A stretch of DNA of 62,556 bases, counting the filler, from Choristocarpus tenellus KU-1152 (taxonomy: Eukaryota; Protista; Phaeophyceae): assembly GCA_964200185.2 (NCBI GenBank). It is 12 parts of 12 records of this genome, joined end to end, with 100 filler letters (N's around TTAATTAATTAA, not from the genome) between each part and the next. Parts side by side here need not be neighbours in the genome. Positions count along the whole stretch, not along the records: positions 24,388 to 37,840 come from CAXNAD020001489.1; positions 37,941 to 41,264 come from CAXNAD020020791.1; 10 more parts are not named here. One strand, 5' to 3'. This document shows positions 25,024-38,239 of this stretch, piece after piece. How positions within the stretch are numbered: position 1 is the stretch's first letter; each line of letters begins with the position of its first letter. Under the pieces are notes generated by a model that saw only the letters and a list, made by a program, of their open reading frames with translations, did no database searches and had not been told where the DNA came from. Made by a program: the position numbers and the translations under genes.

Positions 25024-27500
25024 GGTACACGCAACCAGGTATTAAAATAAAATAAAAACTCCTACGAGGGGATTGTATTGTCCACACAACAGTAAGAAAA
25101 AATAAGACAGCATAAGATAAAATAAAATAATGAAAAGCAGTAACGACCACAACATACATAGTTTTTTCCAACAGTACTACACCATCTAAGAGAAAGAGCA
25201 AGAGTTTCACAAGAAGTGGTCTATTAGTTTATTCCAAGACAGGTCATAGCAGTCACTGTTTCCAGGGAGGACAAACAGTTGGACAATGCATGTCCCAACA
25301 CACACACAAGCGTTGCTCTCAAAACATCATCATCCCCACTATCCCGGTATACAGTGTTGTGACTATTCAAAAAATAGTGGTCTAAAATGTGATCAGTAAT
25401 ACAAAAACAATATGTCTGGTCTCTCAACACACATTAATAAATAATAATTTTTTTACCACAGTATTTTTTTTTAATGTCATTTCTTCCCACGCTTGGAATG
25501 ACTTGAGACAGATAATTAAACACCAAGTTAATTATTTTAACTGAACACACAAACGAGAAGGCATAACCTCGCGGATCCTGTAGCACTACGGAGCCGTTCA
25601 TTAATAGTCACAGAGTAATTACACATTCCTAGGATAAGCAGGGACTCTGTCAGCACACGGTATGATAGTATAGTAACCCTAACCCTATGATAGTACAGCA
25701 CAAAAATGAACAGGGCGGTCAAGCACACACCACACACACCATTCAATATTGGAAAAATATTAATATAATTATTACTATGAACATGCTCCTCTACTAATAA
25801 TATGATCAGTTACTCCCTTCACAAAACAACTATTCAAATATATCCTTTCCAAAAACAACTTTATATTCCCACACAAAACAAGACCTACCATCCCTGCCAA
25901 AACATACATGCCATATTGTATCATTGTATTATCTTATTATCTTATCATTCTATTATCTCATTATCCTATTATCTCACTTGTGAAGGCAATCGGCTAGTCT
26001 CTGTACGTCTTCAGTATCCAGAGCCAGGTCTAGAAACAGCTCCTTCATCACAGGGCAGTGGGCTGGCCCCAGGGCTGCAGCCAACCCCTCCAAGTCATCC
26101 CAAAGATCCAGTCGTTGCAGCCACAGAACACGCAACGACGAGAGACAATTCTTCTTAAACGCCTTCACAAGTAACACAAAAACATCAACACATAAATGTG
26201 AAGCAAAGGGGTGGGGTGGGGGGTGGGGGGCAATGTGAGGACATTAGCTACACTTGCTAAATACTATTTTCTATAATAAATACATCATTGACCATCTATT
26301 GCCTTACAAGGTTTTAAAAAACCCAGTCTACTCCAGTTTGTGAAGACAATGTACTTAACACGCCTATCCTCTTCCGCACTTGGTCATAAACACCTGCCGT
26401 GTCTTGACAATTCCTCTTGGGCAGAATCAGAGTGTACGTTATCTAGATGTGAAAGTTATCACCATGGCTAAAAGAAGCTAACCTGGACCTCAACAGCACA
26501 CATCATCATTCACCATGCATCATGCAGCTCCTCATCTTCCTGTTCATTGATGTTCATGGCAGGCTGCTAAAGCGTGCCAAGCAGGCACACTCTATACCTC
26601 AAGACTAGAGACATTCATACACAGCAGCATCTTGTAGCCACTGGTATATCTTTAGTGTATATCTCTAGTGTATATCTTTAGTGTATATCTTTAGTGTATA
26701 TCTGTTTCAAGAGTTGGGATCCTTAGTAGAATTTTACTAGCATAAAAGTGCAGTCTTATGTAATATCATTCAGCGTAATAACATTTCTTGCATTTTACAA
26801 TTAATCAATGTTGTCCCCCCCAAAACTCCCTGCTGGCATCATAAACTTTGTAATATACACAATACAACCCCTTCTCTTGGCGGTCTTGATCCTTCAGATA
26901 GTAAAAAAAGTGATTAGTAAGCAATACAGAGACTGTTGCTGCTGACTGTGTTTATTGACCAATCCTTTAAGACAAATAGTCCACATACTCTCTCGATCAT
27001 TTCTTACTATATATCCTCCAATCACGTAAATAATACCATCAAGAATATTGGTGACTACGTAATACTAAATTGAAATTGCTTATTAAATTAATCAAAACAA
27101 TCAGTCCCTCTTTAGCAGCCTCTAGTCACATACTCAACCTTCCTTCAAAAATACAATGCCAGCAATCCATCTCAGTTACTATATCTCAGATACTACAGGA
27201 GATAGTGATTCTGTAGGTGAAGAGAAAGGTCCACAGTAGTTAGTGTCCCTCAAACATTCATGTAATCAAGTCAGTAAAATAATAATAATAATAATAGTGC
27301 AACACACTAAATTAATCATTTTCATTTACAAAACTACTAAAACAATCTCATACACCCTACACACTACATTATCACCGAAATTACCATTGATACTTTCATT
27401 ATATACACATTAACACACCAAGCCTCTCCAACATACACACACCAAAGGAATTAAAATAATCCAAAACAATATACACCATTTTCAAGTCCCCATCCAAGTA

Positions 27501-27537
<37 letters not shown>

Positions 27538-27839
27538 TAAAAAAAATTCTGGTTGATAAAAAAAAATAATATAATTTTTTTATTTCCAATTCAATTCACA
27601 TTCCCTTACATTCCCTTACATTCCTTTACATTCCTTTACATGTCACAGTAGTCAGTCAGCTTTCACCTCAGACCAAAAGTGATTCATTCACCACCTCAGA
27701 TACATAAAAATCACAATAACAGTGAGAATATTCTACACCCGAGGAACACACCACTCAGACTGTTACACTGTTGACTTCACTTCAACAACAACTTCAACAA
27801 CTTCAACAACAAATCACACATTAATATGTACCAACTATG

Positions 27840-27873
<34 letters not shown>

Positions 27874-27991
27874 GTGGGGGAAGATGTGGGTAGAAAGAAT
27901 ATTGAAAGANNNNNNNNNNACACACACAAACAAACCACCAACAAAACCAAACACAACCACAAACAGAAATCCGAACAAAGGACAGTGGGTG

Positions 27992-28038
<47 letters not shown>

Positions 28039-29749
28039 CTCAGCAGGAGAAGGTTCTTGGTAAAGTTGGGGATACAATATGATTATGCAAGAAAGTGTTG
28101 ATAAAATTGGTGATACTTACTTACAATGAATTACCTGCTTCCACACTATCAGTGGTAAATACATACCATAACACCATACCGTTTTGTCAATAGCTCCTTC
28201 CAACTCGGCAGTTACAAAATCAGTATATATTTTTTAATATATATATATTAATTGGGAAGTAAAATGGGATAAGATGGAATATACCGCCACCAATGGTGTA
28301 CCACCACTTTTTTTTTTCTCATAAACAAATTAAAAAAGAAATTTGCAAACAAGCATAAAAACCTTTGTCCTTTCTTCTGTAAGGATAACCTCTATTAGTC
28401 TCCCCATCAATAGGGTCAGACCTATTGTGGGCAGAGATAAGAGTATTTGACTTGCTAAGTACAACAAATAAGATTGGTGATGCTACAATTGCCTTGGTGA
28501 TAGATAGGACAGAGGGCACTCTTGGGTACAACAATTTTCACAATCTACAAAGAACTCCCTCATACAAACTAGAAATCTTAATTACACAACTCCTTCATAA
28601 GCGACTGCTAAGATAACAACCTTGACACTCTTGTGTTCTGATACTTTGCAAGAAAATGTTACATACATACATACACAATACATACATATATACATACACA
28701 CATACACAAGACAAATAAATGTGCTCTGCAAGATCCTTTCATAACCTTTCTGATATAGAAGTGCTATCACAGATTTTTCCATCAATTTTTTTCCCCTATT
28801 ATTTTTTTTTTCTAGGGCTGTTAAGAGTACTAGATAAAAGTTCTATTTATTTTGTTCTGTTATGTTATCTACCAATTTTACACTTTTGTTTCTTAAAGAG
28901 CAGATCAGACAAGGCACTCCCCCGGGGGAAGAAGTGTCGGCACTTTTTTTATTACTATTAATATTTCTTATTCGAGTGGCACAGAACATAAAAAAACGAA
29001 TCTTCATTTTGAACTTGATTACCGTGGGACAAAACATAGCAACATCTTCCTTCTAACATCTTATCTAACATCTTATCTAACATCTTCCTTCTAATCAAGT
29101 CCCCAGCACTTATCTATCATAGAGCAGATCTGGCCAAGATTAGATCAGAGATACGCCCCGTGGGAATCGTTTATTTTTTCATTGTCACAGGCGTATTTCT
29201 GTAATAATAATAATAATAATAATATTTTTATTATTATCTTCTCAAAAGAATAAAAATACATGACGTCTCCCAGGCACTCACTCCACCACCAACCTGATAT
29301 AGATCACGCCCTGGGCCTCTTCCCCTATTTCTCACGTAGGAGGTGGTCCCATCACCCAGGGTCATCTTCTCCAGCCTCGGAAGAAGACCACTCATGGACA
29401 GTCCTCTGATTAGGGACCTTTGTTCTGACACGCTCATGCTGCCAAGCTCAAGATGGAGCTCTCGCAACCTTTTGGACACAACCATCAAATCAAATCAAAT
29501 CAAATCAAATCAAATCAAATCAAATCATCAGGCACATTGCAATATCATCATAAGTGTACACACAACCACACCACAGTACATAAAAGAAGAGGGAGAGATG
29601 GGGGGGGAGGGGGGGGGGGGGGGGGGGGTTTTTTTTTTTTGCTTATTTTTTGCATTTTTTTCACCTTTTTTTTTATTGACAAAAAAAAATAGAAAAAAAA
29701 AAAANNNNNNNNNNAAAAAGCAAAAAAACCAAAGAACGGCATGGAGGGA

Positions 29750-29789
<40 letters not shown>

Positions 29790-29941
29790 GGGGGGTGATT
29801 TTTATTTTTTGCTTATCTTGAGCAGTTATTCCAGCTTATTTGTCATTGATACACAAAACTTGTACAAACAAAAACAAACAAAAAATCGTGATGATTGAAG
29901 GGTACAATAGAACAGAATAATAGACGGTGCGATATTTCCTT

Positions 29942-30151
29942 CCTTATTCAATACAGGCCTTATTCAATACAGGCCTTATTCAATACAGACCTTATTCAAT
30001 ACAGACCTTATTCAATACAGACCTTATTCAATACAGACATTATTCAATACAGACATTATTCAATACAGACATTATTCAATACAGACCTTATTCAATACAG
30101 ACCTTATTCAATACAGACCTTATTCAATACAGACATTATTCAATACAGACC
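29942..30151. repeat. 16-bp minisatellite, ~13 copies
   Basis: C(C/A)TTATTCAATACAG(A/G) tandem. Confidence 0.95.
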
Positions 30152-31057
30152 CTGTCAATTAAAACCTGTGCTGCTGTAGGGTTGATTCTGTTCTGCGATC
30201 ATTCAGGGTTATCCTCTCTGCCCACTGATAAAAAAAAATAAATACATCAGCCGAAATCTTGAAAATCTGCGCCTAGTATCTTGTGTATGAAAAGAATATA
30301 ATATTTTATAATGAATGATAATGACTCATATATTTTTTTTTTTCTAAAGGTACAATCGACAACAATACAGGGAAAAAGAATTAAAATATTTCTACATTAC
30401 AACAACAGTCCTCAGTCAACAATCGATCACAATTATAATTGCCAAATTAAAAACAAATTTAAAAAAAAGTTAAAACACAACCGATATGTGCAGTCAAAGT
30501 GGTTAAAAAATAGCAACACAACAATAACAACATCGACTTCATCCTCGAGTCTATATATATTCACATGCCCTAACCCCACACAATAAACAACATTCCACAA
30601 GGTAGTTTTTTTTTTTTTTTTGAGAGAGAGGGATGGCATACAACAAACCACATTCCAACCTACTCCTATCATTAACAATGCCTCATCCCCTCACTCTATA
30701 CCCACTACTCTCTGTTCCCTTAACACCACTACTCTCTGTAGGGGGCGGTTAAAACCCACCTACCAATGCCGTACCTATTTCAAACATTAAAACATCCTCT
30801 CGAGGAACTCTGATAGACGCAGTCAGGGATCAAGCCAATCATGTCCAACTAGAGGAGGTCTGTGCTCTAACACATCGTTCACATCCTTCACATTGATTAT
30901 TAGTATCCCATAAACTTCAAAATAGACCTGGGTATGCACAGTTCTCTAGTCTCCAAGACTTGACAGTTTCAGTATCATGCTAAAAAAAAACTCTCAACCA
31001 AAGCAAAAAAGCAACAACAGGGTTTGACATGCGCTGCTGCCAAGAAAGGCAAAGACC

Positions 31058-31452
31058 TGTTTATGTTGTGAACAAGATATGTTTTTAATACCTTGTATGT
31101 TTATGCTGTGAACAAGAAATGTTTTTAATGCCCTTGTATGTTTATGTTGTGAACAAGAAATGTTTTTAATACCCTTATATGTATATGTTGTGAACAAGAA
31201 ATGTTTTTAATACCTTGTATGTTTATGTTGTGAACAAGAAATGTTTTTAATACCCTTGTATGTTTATGTTGTGAACAAGAAATGTTTTTAATACCCTTGT
31301 ATGTTTATGTTGTGAACAAGAAATGTTTTTAATACCCTTATATGTATATGTTGTGAACAAGAAATGTTTTTAATACCCTTGTATGTTTATGTTGTGAACA
31401 AGAAATGTTTTTAATACCCTTGTATGTTTATGTTGTGAACAAGAAATGTTTT
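31058..31452. repeat. ~41-bp minisatellite, ~9-10 copies
   Basis: TGTATGTTTATGTTGTGAACAAGAAATGTTTTTAATACCCT tandem, no spacers. Confidence 0.95.
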
Positions 31453-33955
31453 ACAGTAGCGCAGTAACAAGATGAAATACCTCAATACCTCCAGGAATCT
31501 TCTAGGCAACAATCAAATCATACTCACAAATAAATTTCCTAGAAGATATATCAATAGTAGACTGCTCGACATTGCGCAACAATCAACAAAGATCATCCTC
31601 AAGGTCGTTTCAAGACAGTTACTACTATTGATATTTCAAGACAGTTATCACTATTCCCAACTAAAGAGAGTTACCAGTATTTCCATTTGAAGACAGCTAC
31701 TACTATTTCCAATTCAACTCAGTATGTTGCATCACTCTTCTGTTTCAAGAAAGTTGTCACTAGTAGATTTCTTTTTTTTCGCTCCACACTGTACAAGACA
31801 CATCATCATCACCACAGTTTCAACAGTTACAACAGTTACACAAACGGCGTTCCTTACACCTGCACCCTACATCCTCTACTCGACTTGTGTTGGTGTCTGC
31901 ACTGTGACGGTCATCTTAGAGGTGTCATAATCAAATCCCACTGGCTCAACTCAACAATCTCCACTTTGTTTTTTCATTTTAAAAATAATAAAAAAGATAC
32001 GTCCGACTCAGTGCTTCGCACCGGCTAAAAAGTGGCAACAAAGACCATCATCACGACAGTTTCATGCCAGTTTCATGACAGTTTCAATCGATACAAAAAT
32101 CATAAACATATCTTCTTCAATCGATACTCTAACGTACAAAAATCCTATTCCCAAGCTTAGCAACATTCTTTTTCTTTTCTTTTCTTTTTTCATTTTTTTC
32201 CTCTTGATACTCAAAACGGAACCGCAAAGCACGCTTGCTCACGGCAGTTTCAAGACAGTTACACCCACACTGATATTTCAGCATATTGACGCTACGCTAC
32301 CTCAGAACACGCACATGTTTGTAACCACACCACAATTCAAAGCCGAAAACACGACTAGAGGCAATTGGCTCGCGTCTCACCCGGAATAGCACCCAACCAA
32401 AAGAACAAAACCCAAACTAGTCCAGTCCAACTCACTAACTCACTAAGTCACTAACTCACTTTGGAAAGGGTTTTCTCGACTGCAAAAACACTGCAAACTT
32501 CTTGACATCAATGGGGGGATGGTCCCCGTCGATTGCGCACTGTCTGTAGTCCTGAGAATACAACAAACAAACAAACAAACACACGCACACATAAAATGTA
32601 AATAAATATAAATAAATGCTTGAAAAAAAAAATAAGATGCGCAATTATGCTTATGGTAGAGTATCTATCGAATGTCTGGTACACACAAATTAGGAAAAAA
32701 GAAAAAAAAAGTTGAAAAAGTGTTGTTTCTTTTTGTTTGTTAAACATTCCGTACAGAGTTCAAGCAAATCAAAACAAACAGTACAGTACAGTCGTTAAAG
32801 TAACAGCACTGAAGTAACAATACAAAACGCCACTATTTGAAATATAAAGTGTTTTTTTCATGTTCTATTTATTTCTTTTTATTTCTAGAATTTGCTTACG
32901 GCTGTGGTAGTATTAGAAGTGATGTAGCCTTTGTAACATCATCATCATCATCATCATTATTATTATTATTATTGTTGTTGTTACTTGTCTTCTGATTATT
33001 ATTCTTCTTCAACTAACCTAAATCACAAACAAAAAGTTGAATGATGCCTCCACACACCACACAATTCCACATCAAAGATTTTCCTCCCTTTTTTAAATAC
33101 AGGACAAAATAAATTTAACCTACCTACATATATAAATACACATAATATAGAAGTATGCATACATAGAACACATATCTCCTCCCTGACAAGAACCATAAAT
33201 CATGCACTGATTTCACAACGATGCTCATCATCACCACAAATAAAAATAAATCACTGTAGAGGAGTTGCCAAAAAAGGGTAGAGTACCACAATGGAGGAAA
33301 AAAAAAATCATATAAAAAAAAAACAATAGCAATCAATACGCATGAGTATGTGTAGGTCCATGTATATATATATATATATACGTATTTTTTATTATTCAAA
33401 AAAAAAGAAGAGGATGTGGGTCCCTCATAACAAAAAACGAAACTATCACTCTGACTTGCCTCAAAGTTGAGAAAAAAAGAACGTAGATTAGTACACAAGG
33501 GGAGCAGATGCTTCCACACTTCCTCCAGCGCAGCCTCATCTGTCTCACGACCCTCCACGATTATGACCTCATCAATCTACAAAAAACAAAAAAACAAAAA
33601 AGAAGAAAAAGAAAAAGAAGAAAAAATGACTAAAAAAATGACCTACAGAGGTGAGAAGAAAATAAGGATAACTGTGTGTAATGTATCAATAATAATAATA
33701 ATAATAATCCATAATCTTAAAAAAAATAACATTTTGCAGAGCAAGGCAATGGTCGCATTTTATTATCTTGTTCTCACAACGCCCTCCAAAAACAGGCTCA
33801 GTGTTTTTTTTCTCACAACTTTGTACTCAAAATATAAAAAAAGTAATTTAAATATAAAAAACACGCACATGTAGTAACAAAAAAAAAGAAGCTTGCGATC
33901 TTTTATGGTGCAGAGGACGTTACATTGCCAACACGAACAGAAACAAACCGACTGT

Positions 33956-34461
33956 TATATACACATATACATACATACACATACACATATACACATATAC
34001 ACATACAATTATACATATACACATATATACACATAAATAACATACATACATACACACATATACACATACATATTTACATAAATAACATACATACATACAT
34101 ATACACATATATACATACAAATATACACATATACACATATACATATTTACATACACACATATACACATATTTACATAAATAACATACATACATAAACACA
34201 TATACACATATTTACATAAATAACATACATACATACATACATATACACATATATACATACAAATATACACATATACATATACACACACATATTATAAATA
34301 CACATACACATATACACATATTTACATAAATAACATACATACACACATATACACATACAACACACAAACACACATATACACATATATACATACAAATATA
34401 CACATATATTATAAATACACATACACATACACACACACATATACACAAATACACATACATA
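33956..34461. repeat. Compound (ACAT/ACAC/ATAT) microsatellite, ~500 bp
   Basis: Visible simple-sequence tract; accounts for the spurious YVCM/HTYI ORFs. Confidence 0.95.
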
Positions 34462-34743
34462 GAGAGACATAGAACTACAGCCAACTTTCTTTCACACTTC
34501 ACCAACGCCCACGAAACCCTTCGCCAAGCAAAACGCCTCCCAACTTTTGTGAATGATGGTACAATTACAGTTATCGTAATCATGGACATGTCCAATACAC
34601 ATGTCCAATACACCATGGATAGAGCGGGAGGCTTTAGAGGCATGACTTGACTGCTGCTTCAAAGCGACCAGAGCAGTGAGCAATTACTTATCCCTCTCAC
34701 TAACATTAATACCATAGTAGATGATATACGTATAGCACTCTTC

Positions 34744-34790
<47 letters not shown>

Positions 34791-36322
34791 TTATTTTTTT
34801 CAATCTTGACTCAGGGTTTAGGGTTAAGGCTACTTTTTTCTTCTTCTTTATCATAAAGAAAGAAAGTTCTTCACAGGGCACAACCCCAGTCTAAACCCCC
34901 AACGAAACCCTAACCCTAAGCCCTCAACCGACAAAACTCTGCGCAGTTTTTTATTAAAAGGGTGTGCAACAGATTACCCCACTTCTGATGGCCTCTGACC
35001 CCTTCCAAGCACCAAGAAGCATACAATCAAGAACAGGACACAGCAGATGACGGCAACCACCATATACAGACTTCGATGAGGAAGGGCGTAAAAAAACTCA
35101 AGGCAACCTCTAATTCCCATGTTCCACCAACCCCCATGGTGCCTACCTCATTGCCCAAACCAGCTCTTTTTCTGCCCTTCTGTTTGTTGCGTATTGTATT
35201 ATATTATTTTATTTATTTTACTTCTTTTTTTGTTCTTCTGTCTTATCGATTTTGCACTCGAGGAATATTCATCCACACTCTGCTAAAAAAAAAAGTTAAA
35301 AAGTAAGCGATGTTTTAAAAAGAACACAAAATAATAATAAAACAATGCACCTTTTGCGCGGATTGGAACCATTCCCTCTTGCAGCCAGAGAAGACGGAAA
35401 ATCCGCATTTTTTTTCCAGGGCTTTTTTGTGACTGGGTCAGCCTTCACCTCGACCCGAAAAATTGTTTTCTTTTTTTCCTGACCCAGGTCAGTAAATCAT
35501 ACTCTTCCAGACTGACCCTGTCAAAAAACAACTAGTATTTGCCTAGCTGTGCGGCCCAGGTTGATTTCTGGTTTGTTTTTGTTATAAAAAAAAAAAATGT
35601 GTTGCTACCGACACGCCGAAGAAAATTCCAAGAATAATTTCCATCAACAAAAAATGAAAAAAATATATACATTTATTAGTATTGTACAGTACTACAGTAC
35701 ACACAGTATAAACGACCAGACACTTGAGATAACTAATTTTTTCCACCAAAATTGTTCAACAAACACCACTGTGTGTAGTGAATACACGTAAAAAAAAAAA
35801 AAAAAAAAAAAAAAAACGTCTCATGGATACTTTTCATTTACACAAAGCATACAACATACAACATACAACACACAACAATAATAATAATAATAATAGTGGT
35901 GGCGTACTTCAAGGATGTATAAATAAATCCATGTATTTCATTTGTTTGTTAAAGCAAGCGTACAACATTGCATGGCGTACACCGAATACAGCAACTGGTG
36001 CTTTGACTGAAGAATTAACCGTTTTGACTTGCTCTCACTAGAATAAATATACCATCTTCACCCACTGTTACAACGCAAGAAATTCATTGCAAGAGTCATG
36101 GAAGTGAGAATCAATAACGCCTGATCGAACTCTTGAATATACTAACAGTATTGCAGCACAGTACCTATTCATATATTATATTGCATCTCTTTGACATGAA
36201 CCTTTTCCTTATTATATATTATATATTATATATTATATTGCATCTCTTTCACATGAACCTTTTCCTTATTCCTGTGCGCAGCCCAGTCAAAACTGAGATC
36301 TGGACCGTTCCTTTCAAAGTAT

Positions 36323-36345
36323 AACCCTAACCCTAACCCTGACCC
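36323..36345. repeat. Short interstitial telomere-like (TAACCC)n tract
   Basis: AACCCTAACCCTAACCCTGACCC. Similar short tracts at ~416, ~25675, ~34813 and ~34905. Confidence 0.6.
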
Positions 36346-37284
36346 ATACCTCGGTCCTGGGAAAATTCCTACGCCCTGGCCCAGCCCTTGTAACTAAAAA
36401 AAAAACCAAGTCGGCTTGTGGCCCCGACCCCATCACAATCACCCACTCCGGCGTAAGGCCCTGCATTTTTCTTTTGATGAGAAAGGACCTGTCTTTGTTT
36501 TGTTAGGAGTCATCTGTGATTGTTATTCTACCATTCATAATACATAACTATATAACTAGAGCAGTTACGTTTCACTGCAGGTAATGGGGTCATGCAGCTT
36601 ACGATTGTACGAACAACAGAAACTGTATGCTGTGCATCACCTCTAAGAAAACAGACAAAATCCCCACTGTGAAGTGTGATACTTCCTGTACATACTACAT
36701 ACTCCATACTCCATACTACATACTGCATCCTACATCCTACATCCTACATACTGCATACTACATACTGTGTGAACAAACACTGCTGCTCAACTCAGTGTTC
36801 AAAACCATTTTCTGTTTTTTTTTTGTGTTCTTGTTTCGTTAAGGGGGACACCTCCACTCAAGAGTAATACAATACTGCAAATAAGTTCACTTACAATTAT
36901 TTATAACATTTTTTGACAAAAATAGACTTGGGAGCGTTAAAAAAACCCCTCAGTAGTGGCTCCTTTCTTGGACCTCTGCCCCCTCTTTTCTCAGCATAAT
37001 TTACTTACACATTACAATTTCAATTTTTTTCACTCTTATCATAAAACCAAGGTTCCCAACTACACTGCTGCATCACCATTATCACACTGCAGGGGGTGTC
37101 TTGCAGCATACACACACGCACACACACACACACAAATAAATAAAAATAAAAGTACTAACAGCAAGAGGTACAAAAGCTATCAACCACACGAGACTTTCCG
37201 TTCAACAAGAAAATTCTAAAGAAAATTCTGTGTCCATCAACACTACGACCTCAGGCACTTTACAGACCGAAAGCAAATGTCTTG

Positions 37285-37401
37285 CCATCACTAACCATCA
37301 CTAACCATCACTAGCCATCACCAACCATCACCAACCATCACTAGCCATCACTAGCCATCACTAGCCATCACTAACCATCACTAGCCATCACTGGCCATCA
37401 C
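37285..37401. repeat. 10-bp tandem repeat, ~11 copies
   Basis: CCATCAC(T/C)A(A/G) tandem. Confidence 0.95.
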
Positions 37402-38087
37402 CGGAAGACCTTCCAGGAGCACAGAGTAAGTCCGTCGTCCACATCTCATTTCTCAACCACAAAGTAAAAACCCAATACACAAGTATCTACCCTTAGTGAC
37501 CTTGTTCCATCGATACCAGGCCGCCTACCCCTACCCCTACAAGTTACTTATCCTGCAGGAAGTAAAGTACCAATTTAAAATACCATTAGTAGCCGTGAAC
37601 AGAGGAGGAGCTGTCCGTGAAGCCGCATTAGTAATATTAGTAATCTTGTTCTATATATTGCTATATATTGTCCTCCAAAACGATTCTCGTCTTTGACTGC
37701 CTTTGACTCAAGAACGCGCACACACGGGACGAAATCGGTACTCTTTTTAGAAAATACCACCCACCCCATTTGCCATGCACTCTGCCTCGCTTTGCACTCC
37801 CAACAAAATAAAACTTCATTCCTCACAGTGCTCCCTAAAGNNNNNNNNNNNNNNNNNNNNNNNNNNNNNNNNNNNNNNNNNNNNTTAATTAATTAANNNN
37901 NNNNNNNNNNNNNNNNNNNNNNNNNNNNNNNNNNNNNNNNTACCCTCTAAGACACCTTGGCTCTTTGATATAGACATTGGATTAAAAAAAAAAACATATT
38001 CGTGATGCCCGTCACAAGGCCCTCCAGAGTACGGGCTTCGTTTTTTTTGGCCATTTTTTACTTTTTTTGAAGAAAGACAGGAGCCCC

Positions 38088-38140
38088 GAAGGTATCATCC
38101 GTCGGATTATGACTGAACGCCTCTAAATCAGAATCCATGC
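38088..38140 (+). rRNA. Isolated ~53-nt fragment of the conserved 3' region of 28S/LSU rRNA (not a gene)
   Basis: GAAGGTATCATCCGTCGGATTATGACTGAACGCCTCTAAATCAGAATCCATGC matches eukaryotic LSU GGATTATGACTGAACGCCTCTAAGTCAGAATCC with one mismatch. Flanks are not rRNA-like. Confidence 0.8.
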
Positions 38141-38239
38141 GCTCATATTGGGGTTGGAACCCGGATTATAGGTCACCAAGAGTGGCAACAGATTCACTAT
38201 TACTTGATTAAAGTATAGGGTTCAGATGGAGAAAAAGCC

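Larger units (their letters stand above)
28388..35150 (-). pseudogene. Small-exon gene or pseudogene with LRR-like motifs (F-box/LRR-like)
   Basis: Exon-like blocks: WKHLLPLCTNLRSFFLNFE (to ~33460), DYRQCAIDGDHPPIDVKKFAVFLQSRKPFP (32551-32460, CAG|...|GTGAGT) and SKRLRELHLELG..LLPRLEKMTLG (29485-29293). LxxLxL patterns; some blocks have stops. Confidence 0.4.

Noticed and set aside
31058-31452. 41-bp, 38-bp and 16-bp repeats considered as CRISPR-like arrays
   Set aside because: Units are head-to-tail with no unique spacers and no cas-like genes; they are ordinary minisatellites.
33920-34470. Long ORFs rich in Y/V/C/M or H/T/Y/I
   Set aside because: Translation of microsatellite sequence.
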